This document shows positions 59,190 through 64,000 of a stretch of DNA of 64,000 nucleotides, piece after piece. Made by a program: the position numbers and the translations under genes. Numbering within the stretch: position 1 is the first letter of the stretch; each line of letters starts with the position of its first letter. The notes under the pieces are model-generated. The model was not told the origin of the DNA and searched no databases. It saw only the letters and a list, made by a program, of their open reading frames with translations. The stretch lies in assembly GCF_027921745.1 (NCBI RefSeq), contig NC_079238.1, positions 1,736,001-1,800,000 of the forward strand. Direction: 5' to 3'. The stretch is from Schizosaccharomyces osmophilus (taxonomy: Eukaryota).

Positions 59190-59392
59190 GATTCAGTTGA
59201 ATTGCCTTTTGTGGTGAGTATTCAGTAGGTGCTATGCTATGTCCGTAAAAACCTTTGCCCACTACAAACGCTGTGTAAGCCAGTCAAAATTACTACTATA
59301 AGAGTTGCTTGGTTAATTTGGACTTTATCAAAAGAAAGAAACAAATACCAATCTTAATTTAAAGAATTGAGGTCACTTTTAGGGTAAAAGAA

Positions 59393-60523
59393 ATGCAAAA
59401 CATAGATGGAAATGACAACGACAAAGTTTTTCTTTGCAAAAAATGCAAGAAACAGGCAACCGTAATGTCTAGGTCGGAATACACTTGTGATGGATGCTTT
59501 GTCCGATCAACAGAAAACAAAATTCGTCGTCAGTTTGAGCTTTCGCGTCCAAATTTGGAAAAAGGACACTCTCAAAAGGCCTTGCTCGCTGTTTCCGGGG
59601 GTATTTCTTCAATGGCCATGTTGGAAACTGCGTATTATCTTTCGCGACACAGAAAAGATAACTATCGACCAATGTTTGATGAATTCTTGGTTGTTCATTT
59701 GCAAAGTAAATCTTTACAAAACGAAGAAGAGTGCGCGCAAACAGTCAATACAATCCAAAAAGCCATCGATTGTCATTATACGCAATGTAAATTTGAGGTT
59801 ATCGAAGAAGAGGATTTACTGAAGGAGGCATCTTACATTGACACCAATGGCAAATTTTCTCGTGGTGATTCTTCTGAACCCCATACGTTTAATTTGGAAG
59901 CTCTTCCATCATTAGCTTCAAGACAAGATTTGTTGTATCGGGTTCGCGAGCAAGCTCTTGTCGCCATTGCCGAAAAGGAACAATGTGACACTATCGTTTT
60001 TGGTGATTGCGGTACAACGATCGCAGCTCGCGTTTTGGAGCTTGTAGCTGAAGGAAGAGGTTTTGCCATTCCTTGGTGCACATCTGTTTGTTCTAAGCTT
60101 CCTGATTTCCCTGTTTTTTTGTTGCGTCCTCTCCGTGATGTATTGTCTTCCGAGCTAAAATCTTACATGAAAATCAAAGAACTTGATTATATAGCAAAGG
60201 AAGTGGAAGAACGCCCTGCCACAATATCTGGCGTAGCAGAAAATTACTTTACAACCTTGAACGACCATTTCCCCAGTCTGGTAAATACTGTTGTACGGAT
60301 GTCGTCCAAGCTGGGCGTGCCAGAGGTGAAGAAAACCTGTTCACTTTGTAAGTTGCCGATGCAGGAAAATGCGGAAGCCTGGTTACAAAGAACTACTGTG
60401 CAGCATCCTAGCGAAAGACAAGAAGATGTTGCCGCCAACCCTGATATATGTTATGCATGCTCCGTTTCCCTAAAGAATATGAAACAGCCATTACGGATTC
60501 CCGCGGTCAAAAAAGAACAGTAA
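59393..60523 (+). CDS. ctu2: Cytosolic tRNA 2-thiolation protein Ctu2/Ncs2
   Basis: CKKC..CDGCF, degenerate PP-loop SGGISS, AEGRG, RPLRD, FPSLV.TV.R..SKL and C-terminal CxxC pairs. Confidence 0.9.
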   Translation: MQNIDGNDNDKVFLCKKCKKQATVMSRSEYTCDGCFVRSTENKIRRQFELSRPNLEKGHSQKALLAVSGGISSMAMLETAYYLSRHRKDNYRPMFDEFLVVHLQSKSLQNEEECAQTVNTIQKAIDCHYTQCKFEVIEEEDLLKEASYIDTNGKFSRGDSSEPHTFNLEALPSLASRQDLLYRVREQALVAIAEKEQCDTIVFGDCGTTIAARVLELVAEGRGFAIPWCTSVCSKLPDFPVFLLRPLRDVLSSELKSYMKIKELDYIAKEVEERPATISGVAENYFTTLNDHFPSLVNTVVRMSSKLGVPEVKKTCSLCKLPMQENAEAWLQRTTVQHPSERQEDVAANPDICYACSVSLKNMKQPLRIPAVKKEQ

Positions 60524-60691
60524 ATAAGGGTCTTATGTATATTAATATTTTTTTTGGATTTCTTCGCACTATTTGGGTAAACACTTATTTATGGAGTACA
60601 AGGATAAGGATAAAAAAGAGGAAAGGATTGATTAGTTAATAATATTAAGAGTATTTTGTTTATGTTGAACTTGTATCAGTAGTTTTGTCCA

Positions 60692-61272
60692 TCAATTTTT
60701 CCCATAAACCCGATATGATTTTGCTGATTCAGAAAAAGGGCTCCAAACACCACGCACAGATGGATTTGTAGATTGGACTGGTTGTTTGATAAATCGTGGT
60801 TTCAAACCATCACTGTCACGGCACATTGTAATTTTGTCCATAATCTGCTTGGTGTCCATCTTTCTAGTGCAGATTGTTTTTTCACGTCCAGTATCTTAAA
60901 GATATTTAGTCAGTATACAATTACTTTTATGAAAAAAACACGCAGCGCGGCATATCATGCCAGCTGCTGTTTATGTTGTTCAGTTGAGATTACTTACTGT
61001 AAAATGCTCGTATTAAAGGATGCTGTCCTTGTCTGTTGTAAACATGAAACTCGATATCCTGAGAGGTTTTTGCAATAGGAGCTAACTTTTTCGTTAAAAA
61101 CTCTTTCATTGATTTGGAACTTCCGCCCCAATTGCAGTATGAGAGTTCGATCCTTTGGCACTAATTAAAAATCATCAGCATGTCTTTTTCTTCAACGTTC
61201 TATACATACAGGACGGATAAAGGATCCCAATCCATTTTTCGGTATGGCCGTTTTCTGCACGATTTCAATCAT
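60692..61272 (-). CDS. mrpl51: Mitochondrial ribosomal protein mL43/Mrpl51; exons 61272-61210, 61160-60998, 60894-60692
   Basis: Hand-spliced product ..KNGLGSFIRP-CQRIELSYCNWGGSSKSMKEFL...HPLIRAFY-NTGREKTICTR...VQSTNPSVRGVWSPF. Confidence 0.9.
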
Positions 61273-62614
61273 TGTCCAGCAAATTGGGTTTCCTATTTCA
61301 ATGGAATGAATGAAGGGGAAAACAAATAGGCAAAGGTCAAGAGAACAAAAAAAAAAGTATTCAAATAATAGCGGACTCCTCAAAGAACGCTTAATTTACA
61401 AAAATGCTACAAATGTACAAGGTAAGGTGGGTTGTGTAGGAAGGGCTAGTGGAAGGAGATGCGCGGGTCAGGCAGGAGTATGGAAAGTACTAGTTGAGTG
61501 GTAATGGGCAGCGAAAAAAGCAGTAAAATAAGGCTCTTTATTCTATTTCTTTCTTTGATTCGTATGCACATTTCTTGAACCCATTTCAGCGGTTTCTATG
61601 TTTTCAGGTTTCTTTTCAAAGAATGCAATTAGCTATCCAAAAAAATGCGTTTCGTTACGATACGAATAATGTTTTTTTTATTTTTAAAAGAGCTACTGTT
61701 TAACGCTGAAGAGTATGGGCAATGGTACTGCAGAAAGGAATGTATGGGTCAAACAATTAAAAGGCAGGATCGCGCTTGGACTCTGACGATGGAAGTTTTT
61801 CTGAAACAAGAATATCTTGAAGAAATGGATACCGCTTTCCTACTGATGTTGAACCTCGAAATGTCAAAATCATATCATTCTTCCACCCGCGTTTATACCG
61901 AGCACTCTAACCTTTCATACAGTTCATACTGCTTCTTCTACCTTTGCTTTACGAATTACTTTTTCTAGTGCATATATTTCGCTGATGCTACTCTTATAGA
62001 ACTGGTACTTGGGTTACTGAAACTGGCATATTCTCATTTAAAATAAATGAGCCGACGAGAGAACAAACAAATTTACAACAATCCATTTGTTCAATCCGTG
62101 TTTTCAAAAGCCTATAGGAAAAAAAGAATGCAGAAGAGGAAAGACACAAAACAAGCGCCAATATTTACACATGCCTCCTTCTTTGAGAGAACGCAAACAA
62201 ACAGGCAAGGTTGTTCTTTCATTGTCAATTACCATTAATGAACCAAAGGGTTCTCAGCAACACAGTCCATCCTACTGATGATATTATTTAAGATATTTCT
62301 TGTTTTTCTAACCTTGGGTTATATTCATGTTTGTTTACTTTTGGAAATAGCATACGTTAGCGAAGCATCCTACTTTTATTTTTCACATTTCCCAAAGCTT
62401 CGGTAAACCCCACTGCTCCTTTCAAATAACGTATTGCTGTTTAACGGACCCGCCACTAGTTAATTACAACCTGCCATCTACAAATATCGAGAGAAGCGAT
62501 TCTGAATGGAATTGCTATAAATAGCAAGGAAACTAAACAAAGATTTATGAGATTTAGCAAAGAATAAGGCTTTGAGTGCATTAAATTGACCAAGGTCACC
62601 ATTTGACTGTGAAA

Positions 62615-64000
62615 ATGTCGTTTCGAATAAGTGGTTGGGGTGAACAGTTTTCGGAAGCCTTTTATGAGCGAGCCACGACATTACTGACTGCTGCCCTTAA
62701 CAAGGGTGCGAAGCATTCACTAATTGCTGATCGCATTACTGTCAAGGAATTGAATATGGGTGAACAACCACCGGAACTGGAGATTTTAGAAATAGGAGAT
62801 TTTGCGCCTGATCGGTTTCAGGGTTTGTTTAATTTTCATTACTCCGGAAATGCATCATTGGTTTTGCAAACGAAAATTCGGGCAAACCCCTTGTCTGTTG
62901 AAAAACGGAAAGTACCTAGCTTTGGTGCAAAAAACACCATGCTGGCATCTTGTGCTCCTTTGACGGTTCCAATGTTCTTGCGGTTGTCAAATCTTAAACT
63001 GAATGGTATTGTTGTTTTGGTTTTTTCAAAGCAAAAGGGAATCACCATGGTATTTCGCAATGATCCTTTAGAGTCTTTACGAGTTTCTTCCTCCTTTGAT
63101 TCAATTCCTGCGATAGCTCGTTTTTTACAGAGAGAAATTGAGGTTCAACTTGCTGCTTTGTTTCGGGAAGAACTTCCTTCTATCATTTACAAGATGTCTC
63201 GTTTGTGGTTTGCCAAAGCAGATCCAGCTCTTCCTTTTTCAGTTCCTAAGCCGAGATCAACATGCTATGGAGCTTCCAGGGAGGCCGAATTACCAGCGTC
63301 TTCAAACCCTGACTTCTTAGATGGACCACCGGATTACTTTGAATCCACCAAAGTCGATGCTCAATATCCAATGAAAATGGGTCCACTAGACGTCCATGCT
63401 CACCCTAATCTTCAATCGTTGACAAAGATGGCTTTGTCGAGGAATTCCCTCCATCCAAAATCCTCCAACAACATTCCCATGTGCATTTTTAGGTCCACTC
63501 CTTTTGATACCATTCATCGCCTTTCGGCTCAGTCTGAGGAGCCTTCTTGCACTCCTCCTTCAACACTTTCCCCTTCTCCTTCTACAGAATATTTCTTTAC
63601 TCAACATAATGTTTCGACAACAGGAACTGTATCGCCGCGACCCACAATATTCGGCAAAATGAAGAATGCGCATCCTCATCGTCGTCGTGAACAGGTGAAA
63701 AAACGACACGTTATACGTTTACAATCATCAGAAATCATGCAAACGTCGCCGTCTAATACAATTTCCGCTACTCATAATTCGGATCCTTTTGTCTGCGAAC
63801 CTCACATTTCTTCAAATAATGAAAAGTCTGCATTTGGAGATTCTTCGGAAAAAAACCCAGAGAAAGTAATTATTTGTGATTCCAATGTTAAAGACTCAAT
63901 TGAGAAATCTTCTTTAAACAGCCCTATCCCTCGTTGGAGAGCAGACGAATTACAACGCAAGTTACAAGAGGAATCATTATCAAAAAAGGTTTTCAACCCA
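62615..64000 (+). CDS. mdm34: ERMES subunit Mdm34 (SMP domain); runs off the window end
   Basis: MSFRISGWG..LLTAALNKG...ITVKELNMGEQPPELEILEIGD..DRFQGLF.F.YSGNA..LQTKI.ANPL...VFSKQKGITMVFRNDPL. It is absent from the ORF track, consistent with no stop before 64000. Confidence 0.92.
   Translation, partial: MSFRISGWGEQFSEAFYERATTLLTAALNKGAKHSLIADRITVKELNMGEQPPELEILEIGDFAPDRFQGLFNFHYSGNASLVLQTKIRANPLSVEKRKVPSFGAKNTMLASCAPLTVPMFLRLSNLKLNGIVVLVFSKQKGITMVFRNDPLESLRVSSSFDSIPAIARFLQREIEVQLAALFREELPSIIYKMSRLWFAKADPALPFSVPKPRSTCYGASREAELPASSNPDFLDGPPDYFESTKVDAQYPMKMGPLDVHAHPNLQSLTKMALSRNSLHPKSSNNIPMCIFRSTPFDTIHRLSAQSEEPSCTPPSTLSPSPSTEYFFTQHNVSTTGTVSPRPTIFGKMKNAHPHRRREQVKKRHVIRLQSSEIMQTSPSNTISATHNSDPFVCEPHISSNNEKSAFGDSSEKNPEKVIICDSNVKDSIEKSSLNSPIPRWRADELQRKLQEESLSKKVFNP

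Noticed and set aside
61141..61153. GAGTTCGATCC, a tRNA B-box-like motif
   Set aside because: Inside mrpl51 exon 2; no cloverleaf or A box.
61241..61251. ACGGCCATACC on the - strand resembles the 5' end of 5S rRNA
   Set aside because: Only 11 nt, inside mrpl51 exon 1, with no further 5S similarity.

Overview
Fission-yeast genomic DNA. It is probably a non-pombe Schizosaccharomyces of the octosporus/cryophilus/osmophilus group: the proteins are clearly orthologous to S. pombe proteins but diverged, and the exact species cannot be fixed from the sequence alone. The window is gene-dense, with 31 protein-coding genes, many carrying short GT..CTRAY..YAG/AAG introns. By recalled S. pombe gene order it joins three blocks: (A) spo7-mug183-nop9-DUF1764-ace2-ubi3-MMTAG2-gls1-idp1-cbc1-DAO-family oxidoreductase-trs120-pre5-cld1-tea3-thi1-nob1; (B) itt1-med6-MFS permease-urg2-urg3-urg1-toe1-uck2-fur4; (C) phs1-smd3-ctu2-mrpl51-mdm34. 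Highlights: (1) a compact uracil uptake/salvage/catabolism (URC-type) cluster with its own Zn2Cys6 regulator and a 17-bp palindromic element CCNCGG-N5-CCGNGG repeated in the cluster promoters; (2) two unusually long, strongly base-paired introns, in the DUF1764 gene and nob1, that may hold ncRNA or regulatory structure; (3) a degenerate Sec7 domain in Spo7, giving it an EFA6/PSD-like architecture; (4) a ubiquitin moiety with non-consensus residues. No tRNA, rRNA, LTR/transposon or CRISPR was seen. Gene names come from recognising sequence and synteny from memory, not from database searches. Exon boundaries were read by hand.
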